Below, piece after piece: positions 9,937-18,743 of a DNA stretch of 64,000 nucleotides. This stretch comes from an uncultured Chloroflexia bacterium. Lineage in GTDB: Bacteria > Chloroflexota > Limnocylindria > Limnocylindrales > CSP1-4. Position numbers and translations under genes: made by a program. The notes beneath the pieces were generated by a model, which was not told the origin of the DNA, did not search any database, and worked only from the letters and a program-made list of their open reading frames with translations. Location: positions 222,739 through 286,738 of the forward strand of contig CAWIML010000009.1 in the NCBI GenBank assembly GCA_963837215.1, written 5' to 3'. How positions within the stretch are numbered: position 1 is the first letter of the stretch; the number at the start of each line of letters is the position of its first letter.

Positions 9937-11118
9937 TCAGCCATTCGTCGCGCGATCGGTGGACCGTGTCGCGACGGTATGCGCGCGAACGTAGTCCCAG
10001 TCCAGCTCGATCCCGAAACCGGGCCGTTCGGGCAGCGTGTACCGTCCGCCCGAGATACGGGTCGACATGTCCGACAGACGCCAGAAGAAGGGGTCACGCT
10101 CCTCGTCGAAGCACTCGACGAAGGTATGGTCGGGCACGCTGGCCAAGAGGTGCGCGGCGATCTGTGGCTCCTCATGGTGCCCAAGTTGGACACCGAAGGC
10201 GGCTGCCAGCCCGGCTGCCTTGCGCCAGATGGTCGGTCCGCCGGCCCACGAGGCGTCGAAGTTGGAGACGTCGATGGCGCCGCCCGCGATGAGGTTGCGG
10301 ATGCCAGACAAGGTCGTCTCGCTCTGACCCGCACAGACGGGGATCCCCGTCTGATAGCGGACGTCCCGCATCCAGCGCGCATCGTTCGTCCAGCGACAGG
10401 GCTCCTCGAACCAGCGGAGGTCGAGGTCCCAGGCGAGTCGGGCGAATTCGACCGCCTGCGCGCGATCGAAGCCTTGGTTGGCATCGACCATGAGGGCGAA
10501 GTCAGGACCTGCCGCGGCCCGTGCGACCCGGACGCGAGCGGCATCCTCAGACGGGGACTTTCCGCCGACCTTGAATTTCATGCCCGCGAATCCCGCCGCC
10601 ACGTACTGACGAATCAGCTCGCCGACCTCGTCGAGCGTGAGGTGGTAGTAGCCGCCGATGATGCTGATCGGGATGGCGTCACAGGTGCTGCCCCAGACGC
10701 GGTGCAGCGGGAGGCCGAGCGCCCGTCCGAAGACATCCCAGATCGCGGCGTCCAGGCAAGCGATCGCCTGCAGCGCCAGGCCGCGATCGCGCAGGATGTC
10801 GTTGGTCGACGGTTCCATCGCACGCCACGCTCCCTCCGGGTCGGTGGCGCTCCGGCCGAGGAGTCGCGGTGCCAGTTCGTCGTGGATGATGGCCACGATG
10901 ATCGATTGCTCGACATCCGTGTCGCCGGTGTAGACCTCGGAGACCAGCCCATCGCTGGTGTGCAGCCGGGTCACGATGGTGCACCGATTGTCCATGCTGT
11001 AGGCGCTGCCCGAGAAGCGCCGCCCGAGCGGGGCTCGGAGTGCGATCGTCTCGATCCGCTCGACGATCAGCGCCTGGCGATCGAAGGCCGGCGTCCGGGA
11101 CGGCGCGCCCGCGCCCAC
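9937..11118 (-). CDS. Enolase-superfamily (MR/MLE) dehydratase-like protein
   Basis: Motifs MKFKVGG, MVDANQGF, RWFEEP and QLGHHEEPQ. Paralog of 1522..2661. GTG start 1 nt after the E1-beta stop. Confidence 0.85.
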   Translation of the reverse strand: MGAGAPSRTPAFDRQALIVERIETIALRAPLGRRFSGSAYSMDNRCTIVTRLHTSDGLVSEVYTGDTDVEQSIIVAIIHDELAPRLLGRSATDPEGAWRAMEPSTNDILRDRGLALQAIACLDAAIWDVFGRALGLPLHRVWGSTCDAIPISIIGGYYHLTLDEVGELIRQYVAAGFAGMKFKVGGKSPSEDAARVRVARAAAGPDFALMVDANQGFDRAQAVEFARLAWDLDLRWFEEPCRWTNDARWMRDVRYQTGIPVCAGQSETTLSGIRNLIAGGAIDVSNFDASWAGGPTIWRKAAGLAAAFGVQLGHHEEPQIAAHLLASVPDHTFVECFDEERDPFFWRLSDMSTRISGGRYTLPERPGFGIELDWDYVRAHTVATRSTDRATNG

Positions 11119-11119
11119 G

Positions 11120-12139
11120 TCAGCGACCGACGCTCGCCGTGACGGACGCCACGATCCTATCGACGGAGGGCAGGACCTCGTCTTCCAGGGGAGGCGTGTA
11201 AGGGATGGGTAGGTCGTCTGGCAGGCTGAGCCGTCGAGGAGCGCTGGCCCATTCGATGCCGCCGATGGTCAGTTCACTGACGATCGTCGCACCCCAGCCC
11301 GCTGCGTGGACCTGCTCCTCCACGACGACCAGGCGACCGGTCTTTTCGACCGACGCCCGCACGGTCGGCAGATCCAGTGGACGCAGCCAGCGCACATCGA
11401 TGACCTCGGCATCGATGCCGTCCTGGGCGAGCCGCTCGGCCGCTGCCAGGGCACGCTCGACCATCAACAAGGTGGCGACGATGGTGACGTCGCGGCCCTG
11501 CCGGAGTACCGCCGCCTTGCCGACTTCGGCGACCTCGCCACGGGTCACTGACCCCTTGCGGCCATACAGCCCCTTGTGCTCGTAGAAGATCGTCGGGTTC
11601 GAGGCGGCGATCGCCGTCCGGAGCAGTGCGTACGCGCTGGCGGGCGAGCTGGCCGTCACGACACGGAGTCCCGGCAGGTGCATGAACCAGCTCTCGCCGG
11701 TCGCGCTGTGCTGGGTCCCGAAACGGCCGGTGGCGCCGCAGATGGCACGGACGGTGACCGGCACAGCGGTCTGACCGCCAGACATGTAACGGTACTTGGG
11801 CAGCTGGTTGACGATGGCGTCGCCGGCGGTCGGCAGGAAGTCGGCGAACATGATCTCGACCACGGGACGCATGCCGACCAGGCTCATGCCGAGGGCCACG
11901 CCGAGGAACCCGTTCTCACAGATGGGGGTGTTCCTGATCCGCTCGGGCCCGTACTTCTCGGTCAGACCGACATTCGTCTTGAAGACGCCTCCGTCCGCGC
12001 CGACGTCTTCGCCCATCAGCAGAACGGTGGGATCGGACGCCATGGCATCGTCGAGCGCGGCGTTGATCGCCTCGCGATAGGTCAACTCGGTCGTGCCGCT
12101 ACCTCCGCCGGCCGGCGCGGCCTCAGTCAGCGTAGACAT
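11120..12139 (-). CDS. 2-oxoacid (pyruvate/acetoin-type) dehydrogenase E1 component, beta subunit
   Basis: LLMGEDVGADGGVFKTNVGLTEKYGPERIRNTPICENGFLG is the classic E1-beta N-terminus. ATG at 12139 overlaps the E1-alpha stop by 17 nt. Confidence 0.9.
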   Translation of the reverse strand: MSTLTEAAPAGGGSGTTELTYREAINAALDDAMASDPTVLLMGEDVGADGGVFKTNVGLTEKYGPERIRNTPICENGFLGVALGMSLVGMRPVVEIMFADFLPTAGDAIVNQLPKYRYMSGGQTAVPVTVRAICGATGRFGTQHSATGESWFMHLPGLRVVTASSPASAYALLRTAIAASNPTIFYEHKGLYGRKGSVTRGEVAEVGKAAVLRQGRDVTIVATLLMVERALAAAERLAQDGIDAEVIDVRWLRPLDLPTVRASVEKTGRLVVVEEQVHAAGWGATIVSELTIGGIEWASAPRRLSLPDDLPIPYTPPLEDEVLPSVDRIVASVTASVGR

Positions 12140-13088
12140 ACGGACGAGTCTCCTCGAGGGTCGGGTATGGGGCGGCTGCCGCGCGTTCGGCGGCAGCATC
12201 GATGTCAGCCTGGGTCTCGGTCCGCACCTCGACGTGGTCGTTGGGGCCCATCAGGCCGTCCGCCACGAGCACCTTGGCGAGCAGCTCGATCGGGTCTCGG
12301 GCCATCCACCGATCCAACTCACCTGCCGGGCGGTACTTCGCCGGATCGCTTCGGCTGTGGCCGCGATAGCGGTACGTCTTCATCTCGAGGAGCGTCGGCC
12401 CGCCGCCGCCGCGGGCGCGCTCCACCGCGACCGTCGTCGCCTCGTGGACGGCACCGACGTCCTGGCCGTCGACGATGATGCCCGGGAAGCCATATGGGTC
12501 CGCCCGGCGTGCGAGGTCATCGAGCGGGGTCGTCGCCCGCAGTGCGCTGTACTCGCCGTACAGGTTGTTGGTGATGATGAAGACGACGGGCGCATTCCAG
12601 ATGGCGGCCATGTTCATGGCTTCGTGGAACGTCCCGATGTTGGTGGCGCCGTCGCCGAAGAACGTGAGGGCGACGTTCGGCTTGCGCTGCATCTGGAAGG
12701 CGACCGCCGCCCCGACGGCGATCGGCAGGCCCGCGCCGACGATCGCGTTGGCTCCGATGTTGCCCTTGCTGAAATCGATGAGGTGCATCGAGCCGCCAAC
12801 ACCGCCCGAGCCGCCGGTCCGGCGACCCATCAGCTCCGCAAAGGCGGTCTCGGGCTCCATCCCAAGCGCCAGGGCCTCGCCATGGCCGCGATAGGTGTTG
12901 GTCTGGACGTCGCCTGGCCGCATGGCAGCGATGGCTCCCACGGATACGGCCTCCTGGCCCTGGCAGAGGTGCGTGGTGCCCTGGATCTGCCCGGACATGA
13001 ACAGCTCCTGGACCTTCTCCTCGAAGATCCGGATGCGGACCATGGTGTGGTACCAACCGAGCCGATCGGGCGGTGCGCTGGCGGTCAT
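12123..13088 (-). CDS. 2-oxoacid dehydrogenase E1 component, alpha subunit (TPP-dependent)
   Basis: 321 aa from ATG 13088. TPP motif GDGATNIGTFHEAMNMAAIWNAPVVFIITNN (GDG..NN). The upstream 194 codons of the track ORF look non-coding. Confidence 0.9.
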   Translation of the reverse strand: MTASAPPDRLGWYHTMVRIRIFEEKVQELFMSGQIQGTTHLCQGQEAVSVGAIAAMRPGDVQTNTYRGHGEALALGMEPETAFAELMGRRTGGSGGVGGSMHLIDFSKGNIGANAIVGAGLPIAVGAAVAFQMQRKPNVALTFFGDGATNIGTFHEAMNMAAIWNAPVVFIITNNLYGEYSALRATTPLDDLARRADPYGFPGIIVDGQDVGAVHEATTVAVERARGGGGPTLLEMKTYRYRGHSRSDPAKYRPAGELDRWMARDPIELLAKVLVADGLMGPNDHVEVRTETQADIDAAAERAAAAPYPTLEETRPYVYAD

Positions 13089-13153
13089 GGATCGTCGAGC
13101 CTCCGGAGTCGAGCCGCGTGGGACGAGGTAAAGCGGCCGGTGTCGCAGCCGAG

Positions 13154-13169
13154 CGGTACCGTTTCCAGT
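13154..13169. promoter_or_regulatory. LacI-type operator-like site CGGTACCGTTTCCAGT
   Basis: Lies between divergent E1-alpha (start 13088) and the LacI gene. It sits inside a 27-nt block (13150..13176) that matches 1424..1450 with one mismatch. Confidence 0.55.
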
Positions 13170-13260
13170 TTCGATTACACATCGTTGCATCCGATCCACC
13201 GTATCGTCAACCGTGGGCCCCGATTCCGCCCGCAACGGAACGGCCGCGGATAGACCGTGT

Positions 13261-13290
13261 GCTATCGTTCCTGCAACCGTTACTGGAACG
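13261..13290. promoter_or_regulatory. Operator-like sites directly upstream of the LacI gene (candidate autoregulation)
   Basis: Sequence GCTATCGTTCCTGCAACCGTTACTGGAACG contains the inverted repeat CGTTCC-N13-GGAACG and a copy of the CGTTACTGGAA element also seen at 7696..7706. It lies 24-53 nt upstream of ATG 13314. Confidence 0.45.
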
Positions 13291-13313
13291 ACAGCTGGCA
13301 CACGGAGGTGCGC

Positions 13314-14357
13314 ATGACCGAGCCGAGGCGGCAGGAAGGCCGCCGCAAGCGGGCGAGCATGCGTGAGGTCGCCGATCTTGCGGACGTGGCTATCTCCTCG
13401 GTCTCGCGCGTGCTGTCGGGACATCCAGATGTGAGCGCCGGGATGCGCGATCGGGTCTCGGCTGCCGTCGAGGAGCTCGAGTATGAGCCGGACTTCCTGG
13501 CCCAGAGCCTGCGTCGGGGCGCGACCCTGTCGGTCGGCTATGTCGTCGGCGACATCTCCAACCCGCTGATCGCTACGATCACATCCGGGGCCGAGTCGGT
13601 CCTGCGATCCGCCGGCTACTCGATGCTGCTCATGAACTCGGAGGGAGATCCCGAGTTGGACGCGGCGCACATCCGCTTCTTCCAGGCTCGGCGGGTCGAC
13701 GGCATGATCCTGTCACTGGCGAGCGAGCGGCGGCAGGCCACCCTTGACGGGCTCGCCCAGGTCGATGTCCCGATCATCATGATCGACCGCGACGTTCCAG
13801 CCGACCTCCGCGCCAGCATCGTTCGCAACGATCATCGCGCGGGGATGCGCGAGGGCGTCGGCCACCTGCTCGACCTCGGCCACCGCCGTATCGCCCTGAT
13901 CACGGGTGCTCTCGATCTGTGGCCGGTTCGCGAACGCATCGCCGGCATGGCAGAAGCGGTCACCGCCCGGGGCCTGCCAGACGAGACGATCAGCCTCGTC
14001 GGCTCACTCTCGGCGGAGCACGGCGAGCGCAGCACGGAACAACTCCTCGCCATGCATCCGCGCCCGACGGCGATCGTGGCAGGCGGCAACCAGGTCCTGG
14101 CAGGTTGCGTGCGCGCGATCGTGCGCCATGGCGTGCGCGTGCCGGACGACATGTCTCTCATCACCTGCGACGAGGTCGACCTGTCCGAGCTCTATTCCCC
14201 GCCCATCGCCTCGATCGCGCGCGACACGCTGCTGCTTGGACGGACCGCGGCCGAACTGCTGCTCGAACGCCTCAACGACGGCGAGCCGCGCACGGTGCTG
14301 TTGCCCACGAGCTTCACGGCGCGACCGAGCTGTGGCCCGGTCCCTGCGGAGGGCTAG
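13314..14357 (+). CDS. LacI-family transcriptional regulator
   Basis: N-terminal HTH MREVADLADVAISSVSRVLSG followed by a periplasmic-binding-fold effector domain. GGAGG RBS 5 nt upstream of ATG 13314. It is the only regulator gene in the window. Confidence 0.9.
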   Translation: MTEPRRQEGRRKRASMREVADLADVAISSVSRVLSGHPDVSAGMRDRVSAAVEELEYEPDFLAQSLRRGATLSVGYVVGDISNPLIATITSGAESVLRSAGYSMLLMNSEGDPELDAAHIRFFQARRVDGMILSLASERRQATLDGLAQVDVPIIMIDRDVPADLRASIVRNDHRAGMREGVGHLLDLGHRRIALITGALDLWPVRERIAGMAEAVTARGLPDETISLVGSLSAEHGERSTEQLLAMHPRPTAIVAGGNQVLAGCVRAIVRHGVRVPDDMSLITCDEVDLSELYSPPIASIARDTLLLGRTAAELLLERLNDGEPRTVLLPTSFTARPSCGPVPAEG

Positions 14358-14474
14358 GAGGGCGCACGCGGTCAGTACGGGCTGACCGCCAGTCCGCCGG
14401 TGGCCGGTCAGCGTCCTTGAGGCTGGCCGCGATCCGCGTGAGGTGGTCGGGCAGCGTTCCCGGGCCTGCGCACG

Positions 14475-14501
14475 TGGTAACGTTTGCAGAACCGCTACCA
14501 G
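14475..14501. promoter_or_regulatory. Two overlapping LacI-type operator-like sites (TGGTAACGTTTGCAGA / GCAGAACCGCTACCAG)
   Basis: About 75-100 nt upstream of the corrinoid-activase gene. TGGTAACGTTTGCA is a near-palindrome with a central CG. It is nearly the reverse complement of the site at 36372..36388. Confidence 0.55.
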
Positions 14502-14574
14502 CGAGCGAGGGTCCGCCGGCCGATGCTGCGCGTCCCTTGACGACCGCTCGCGCGGCGCGACACAGGAGTCCCGC

Positions 14575-16185
14575 GTGCCAGACGTCATCCACGGGGTCGA
14601 CCGCCGTCCACTGATCGCCGGCCGGACGTTGTTCGACTACGCGGATGAGGTATCGGCCGCGGTGCCAGCCTCGTGTCGACGGACCGGGCGCTGCAGGGAA
14701 TGCGTCGTCGAGGTTCGCCAGGGCGGCGCCGGGCTGTCGCCGCGGACCGAACCCGAGGGGTACCTGCGAGGGCAGTTCCGGCTGGCCTGCCAGGCGCGCA
14801 TCGAGGACGCGGGCAGCGACGTGGAGTTCTCCATCATCCGTCGCCGGCTGCGGATCCTGGGCCCCGTGGACCGGCCCATCGGTCGCGTGGATCCGGTCGT
14901 CACGGCGGACGATCGAACGGTGTACTACGCCGGCCAGCCGATCGGCCTGCGTCGCCCGCGCGTGCTGGGATTGGCTATCGATGTCGGCACCACGACGGTG
15001 GTCTTCCAGGTCATCGACCTGTTGACAGGCGTTGCCATCGCTGGCGGCGCGCTGGAGAACCCGCAGCGCTTCGGCGGCAGCGATGTGATGACCCGGATCT
15101 CGTACGAGAAGGACTTCCCGGGCGCCATGCGACTGGCTCTTCGTCGAGCGCTCAATCACGAGCTTCGCGACCTCTACCAGGCGCAGGGCATCGATCGGCA
15201 CGAGGTCTATGAAGCGATGGTCGTCGCCAACAGCACCATGCGCGACCTGTTCTTCGGGATCGACATCTCGCCCATCGGCGAGTTCCCGTACAAGTCGCTG
15301 ACTGAGGTTGCCATGCTGGCCGGTGGGGCCTCCTCCACCTGGCTGCGACGGCGCGGGCACGAGGTCGGGCTGCTGATGAACCCGCATGGTCGGGTGGTCG
15401 GAGCGCCCTTGATCGCCAGTCACGTCGGCGCGGATACGGCCGCCGATCTGATCGCCGTCGACTTCGCCGCCGGCACGGGCGTGCGGATGCTCGTCGACAT
15501 CGGCACCAACACCGAAGTCGTCGTCACCGATGGAACGCGCTACCTTGCCGCGTCCTGTCCAGCCGGGCCCGCCTTCGAAGGCGGCCTCATCAGGTTCGGC
15601 ATGGCTGGTGCGGACGGGGCCATCGAGTCGGTCCGACTGGACCGCGACCGGTTCTCGTTCGGGACGATCGGCCACGTCGAGCCGGTCGGCATCTGTGGAT
15701 CCGGCCTCGTCGACATCCTCGCCGAGCTCCGCCGGGCGGGCTGGATGAACACCGAAGGGCGCTTCGCTGACGGGGTCGATGAATACCTCGTTGCGCCGGG
15801 CCAGGGGATCAGCTTTTCGCGATCGGATGCCAGCCTGCTCGCCCAGGCCAAGGCCGCGAACGCATGCGGACAGCGCATCCTGCTGCGACGTCTGGGAGTC
15901 ACGGCCGATCAGATCGATCGGGTCTACCTGGCCGGAGGATTCGCGAACGCGGTGAGCGTGGTGAATGCCATCGAGATCGGGCTCCTGGCGCCGGTCCAGG
16001 TGAACCGGGTCGATCGGGTCGGCAACGCCGCACTTCAGGGGGCGGTCGCGTTGCTCCTCTCAGCCAGCCGTCGCGACGAGCTCGAAGCGCTGGTCGGCCG
16101 GATCGAACATGTCGAGCTTGAGACCGAAGAGGACTTCTTCGAGCTGTTCGTCGACGGCTGTCGGTTCATCCCCATCGCCGCCTGA
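14575..16185 (+). CDS. Corrinoid reductive activase (RACo-like): N-terminal [2Fe-2S] ferredoxin domain fused to an ASKHA ATPase domain
   Basis: GTG 14575 with AGGAG 7 nt upstream. Plant-type ferredoxin Cys pattern CRRTGRCREC...LACQ. ASKHA blocks LAIDVGTTT, MLVDIGTNTE, GICGSG and YLAGGF. Confidence 0.8.
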   Translation: MPDVIHGVDRRPLIAGRTLFDYADEVSAAVPASCRRTGRCRECVVEVRQGGAGLSPRTEPEGYLRGQFRLACQARIEDAGSDVEFSIIRRRLRILGPVDRPIGRVDPVVTADDRTVYYAGQPIGLRRPRVLGLAIDVGTTTVVFQVIDLLTGVAIAGGALENPQRFGGSDVMTRISYEKDFPGAMRLALRRALNHELRDLYQAQGIDRHEVYEAMVVANSTMRDLFFGIDISPIGEFPYKSLTEVAMLAGGASSTWLRRRGHEVGLLMNPHGRVVGAPLIASHVGADTAADLIAVDFAAGTGVRMLVDIGTNTEVVVTDGTRYLAASCPAGPAFEGGLIRFGMAGADGAIESVRLDRDRFSFGTIGHVEPVGICGSGLVDILAELRRAGWMNTEGRFADGVDEYLVAPGQGISFSRSDASLLAQAKAANACGQRILLRRLGVTADQIDRVYLAGGFANAVSVVNAIEIGLLAPVQVNRVDRVGNAALQGAVALLLSASRRDELEALVGRIEHVELETEEDFFELFVDGCRFIPIAA

Positions 16186-16217
16186 GCGAGGGCTCCCACG
16201 CACGGAGGGATCAACCG

Positions 16218-17294
16218 TTGTCAGGGTCTGGAGTCGCACCGTCGTTCATCGTCATCGGCGAGAACATCCATACCAGCCGAGTCGTCCGACGCGATGGCCC
16301 ACGCATCGCTGCGTCCGCATCCGGGGCGCCGATGATCCGCGTGCCGATGGGCGCTGGCGACGCCTTGCTGCCTGTTCCGCCGGCCGTCCAGGCGACGCGC
16401 GAGTTCGCCGCCGGGCGAGTGAAGCACGTGATGGTGGCCGTCCTTGAAGGGATGTCCAACGGCCCGGATGCAGACATCGCGGCGACCTACGTCCGCTGGA
16501 TGGCGACCCGCCAGATCGCTGGCGGCGCCGCCTACCTGGATCTCAACGTGGACGAGATATCCCCGGACGTCGACGGGCGCCTGCGTGCCATGGCCTGGTT
16601 GGTCGGCGTCGTGGGCCCGGTCACGACGGTCCCGCTGTCGATCGACTCTTCGGACTCGGCGGTCATGACGCTCGGTCTCGACCTGCTCGACCCTGGCTGG
16701 GCGCTCGGCGCGCCACCGCTGCTGAATTCGGCGGCGGCTGATCGTGTCGACGTGCTCGGCATGGCCGCAGAGCGAGGCTGCCCGGTCGTCCTGTCGTCGA
16801 CTGGAGCGACCATGCCCAGCGGGACGGAAGAGCGCATGGTCCGGGCCATCGAGATGATCGAGATGGGGCTCGGCCACGGCTTGCCTCTTTCAGACATGCA
16901 CGTTGACCCGTTGGTCATCCCGATCGGCGTCGACGCCGAGGCGGGAACGGCGTACCTCGAGGCCGTGCGGCAGCTTCGGCATCGCTTCGGGCCCGAACTG
17001 CACATCACGGGCGGCGTCTCCAACATCTCCTTCGGGATGCCGGCCAGGCGCCTGATCAGCGACGTCTTCCTCGACCTCTGCGTACAGGCCGGCCAGGACA
17101 GCGGCATCGTCGACCCGGTCGCCGCGGATGTCGCCCGCGCGCTCGCGCCCGACCGTGCCTCCGAGACCTACCGCCTGGCAGCGGACCTGCTGACCGGCGT
17201 CGATGCCTTCGGGGTGGAGTACCTCGAGGCCTTCCGGTCCGGTCGCCTGTCGGGACCGGAACCGGGGGCGGCCCGCACGATGGCGTCGTCGTAG
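16218..17294 (+). CDS. Pterin-binding (MtrH/AcsE/MetH-like) methyltetrahydrofolate:corrinoid methyltransferase-like protein
   Basis: TTG start with GGAGGG 7 nt upstream. IVIGENIHTS, YLDLNVDE, PLSIDSS, LLNS and GGVSNISFG blocks match dihydropteroate-synthase-like pterin-binding barrels. Confidence 0.7.
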   Translation: MSGSGVAPSFIVIGENIHTSRVVRRDGPRIAASASGAPMIRVPMGAGDALLPVPPAVQATREFAAGRVKHVMVAVLEGMSNGPDADIAATYVRWMATRQIAGGAAYLDLNVDEISPDVDGRLRAMAWLVGVVGPVTTVPLSIDSSDSAVMTLGLDLLDPGWALGAPPLLNSAAADRVDVLGMAAERGCPVVLSSTGATMPSGTEERMVRAIEMIEMGLGHGLPLSDMHVDPLVIPIGVDAEAGTAYLEAVRQLRHRFGPELHITGGVSNISFGMPARRLISDVFLDLCVQAGQDSGIVDPVAADVARALAPDRASETYRLAADLLTGVDAFGVEYLEAFRSGRLSGPEPGAARTMASS

Positions 17295-18016
17295 CTCATC
17301 TCGAGCCGTTCGCCGGGGCGCAGGATCTGGAAGTCGTCGTCCCACTCGCCGAACAAGAGCTTCCGGACCAGTCTCAGGTCCGCGAGGGTCCGCTCGAACC
17401 GCCAGCCTCGACGTTCAGATTCCTCCCTGGCGCGCTGCTCGGCGGCCTCGGACGGCGCAAGCCCGGTGTCGATGAAGGCACCTCGCTCGTACCTGGCGCT
17501 CCACTCACCGAGGACCTCCATGAGGTACGCCGCGTTGTCCTCGCCGAAGCGTTCCGTGTACTCCGCCCGGGTCGACTGCACGTCCTCCGCACGAGCGGCA
17601 TCGCCCAGGAGCCAACCCTTCAGGTCGTTGCCCCTGTCCATCTGGTCCTGGACGTACCAGTAGGTGCCAGGCGTCGCCTCGTGCTCCTTCCGGTACCGGG
17701 CGCGATCTCCCAGGAAGATGGTCACGCAATCGTGGGCTCGGGCCAGGACGATGGGAGCCGACCGGGCGATCAGGCCAGCCGTGGCTCCGCCGCACAGGCC
17801 ATAGGCGAGGACCACCGCGTCGATCTCCGGACCGGCCTTGTCCACCTCGATCTGGATCCGTTCACGGAGCGTGGCGGGCTCGGCATGCAGCGCGGCGCTG
17901 AGCTGGACCACGTCCACCGCATGTGGCGAGCTGGCGGCGAAGAAGTGGACGGGGCGCAGCAGGATGTCGCAGGAGATCGCCAGCAGATGCAGACCTGACG
18001 CCTGGCTCGGGTCCAT
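17168..18016 (-). CDS. DUF1638-domain protein (commonly next to corrinoid methyltransferase genes)
   Basis: 282-aa ORF immediately downstream of the B12-binding protein gene. Assigned from memory of DUF1638-like sequence (AVVLAYGLCGG...). Its 3' end overlaps the convergent gene by 127 nt. Confidence 0.6.
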   Translation of the reverse strand: MDPSQASGLHLLAISCDILLRPVHFFAASSPHAVDVVQLSAALHAEPATLRERIQIEVDKAGPEIDAVVLAYGLCGGATAGLIARSAPIVLARAHDCVTIFLGDRARYRKEHEATPGTYWYVQDQMDRGNDLKGWLLGDAARAEDVQSTRAEYTERFGEDNAAYLMEVLGEWSARYERGAFIDTGLAPSEAAEQRAREESERRGWRFERTLADLRLVRKLLFGEWDDDFQILRPGERLEMSYDDAIVRAAPGSGPDRRPDRKASRYSTPKASTPVSRSAARR

Positions 18017-18029
18017 GACCAGCCTGCGG

Positions 18030-18710
18030 TCAGCTGGCAGCCGCGGCGCTGGCAGCGCCGGTCTTGCTCGCGGCGCGAGCCTCGGCGACCAGGCGCCGGG
18101 CGAGGATGACGGCGGATGCGGCGTCCGGCGCCCATCCGTCAGCGCCGATCTGCTCGGCGAACTCCTTGGTCACGGCCGCGCCACCGACCATGACCTTGAG
18201 GTCGGGCAGGTCATCTGCGGCGCGGACCGCCTCGATGACGACGCGCATGCCGCCCATCGTCGTCGTCAACAGCGCGCTGATCCCGATGATGTCCGCCTTG
18301 TGCTCGCGTGCAGCGGCCATGAACCGATCCACCGACACGTTCGTGCCAAGGTCGAAGATCTCGAAGTTGGCACCCTTCAGCATCATGCCGACCAGGTTCT
18401 TTCCGATGTCGTGCAGGTCGCCCTTGATCGTGCCCATGACGGCGATGCTGTCAGGTTTGTAGCCAGACCCGATCAGGAGCGGCTCGAGGAGCGCCACGGC
18501 GGCCTTCATGGCACGCGCGCTGATGAGCATCTCCGGGACGTAGATCTCGTTGTCCTGGAAGCGCTGTCCGACGACACCCATGGCATCGGTCATCGCATCC
18601 AGCACCGTCTTCGGGGGGATCTCCTCGTCGATCGCCTGCTGGGTGACCTCGACCGCGGTCTCGCGGTCGCCGACCTCGACGGCCGTCTGGAGTCGTTTGA
18701 GATCCGCCAT
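18030..18710 (-). CDS. Corrinoid (B12-binding) methyl-carrier protein (MtaC/MtbC/MttC-like)
   Basis: N-terminal B12-cap helix bundle, then DxHxxG (GDLHDIGKN), SxL (GISALLTTT) and GG (VMVGGAAV) cobalamin-binding motifs. Confidence 0.9.
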   Translation of the reverse strand: MADLKRLQTAVEVGDRETAVEVTQQAIDEEIPPKTVLDAMTDAMGVVGQRFQDNEIYVPEMLISARAMKAAVALLEPLLIGSGYKPDSIAVMGTIKGDLHDIGKNLVGMMLKGANFEIFDLGTNVSVDRFMAAAREHKADIIGISALLTTTMGGMRVVIEAVRAADDLPDLKVMVGGAAVTKEFAEQIGADGWAPDAASAVILARRLVAEARAASKTGAASAAAAS

Positions 18711-18743
18711 GCTCCGTTGGTCTCCTGTAGCTCGGGGGCGAGT

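Noticed and set aside
13257-13313. Track start at 13257 for the LacI gene
   Set aside because: It would translate straight through the operator-like palindrome as MCYRSCNRYWNDSW. ATG 13314 has a GGAGG RBS and gives the normal distance to the HTH.
12123-13670. N-terminal extensions of track ORFs (12123..13670, 39295..40959, 42223..44265, 20744..22348, 21970..23142, 22824..24176, 18744..20189, 9468..10544, 35493..36881, 59380..60660)
   Set aside because: The extensions overlap neighbouring genes or promoter gaps, lack family similarity, and internal ATG/GTG starts have good Shine-Dalgarno sequences at 4-10 nt. The internal starts were used.
14358-14574. Possible cobalamin riboswitch upstream of the corrinoid activase gene
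   Set aside because: I could not find a B12-box-like element (GCCACTG-type core) or the expected conserved stems. The region instead carries the LacI-type operator.
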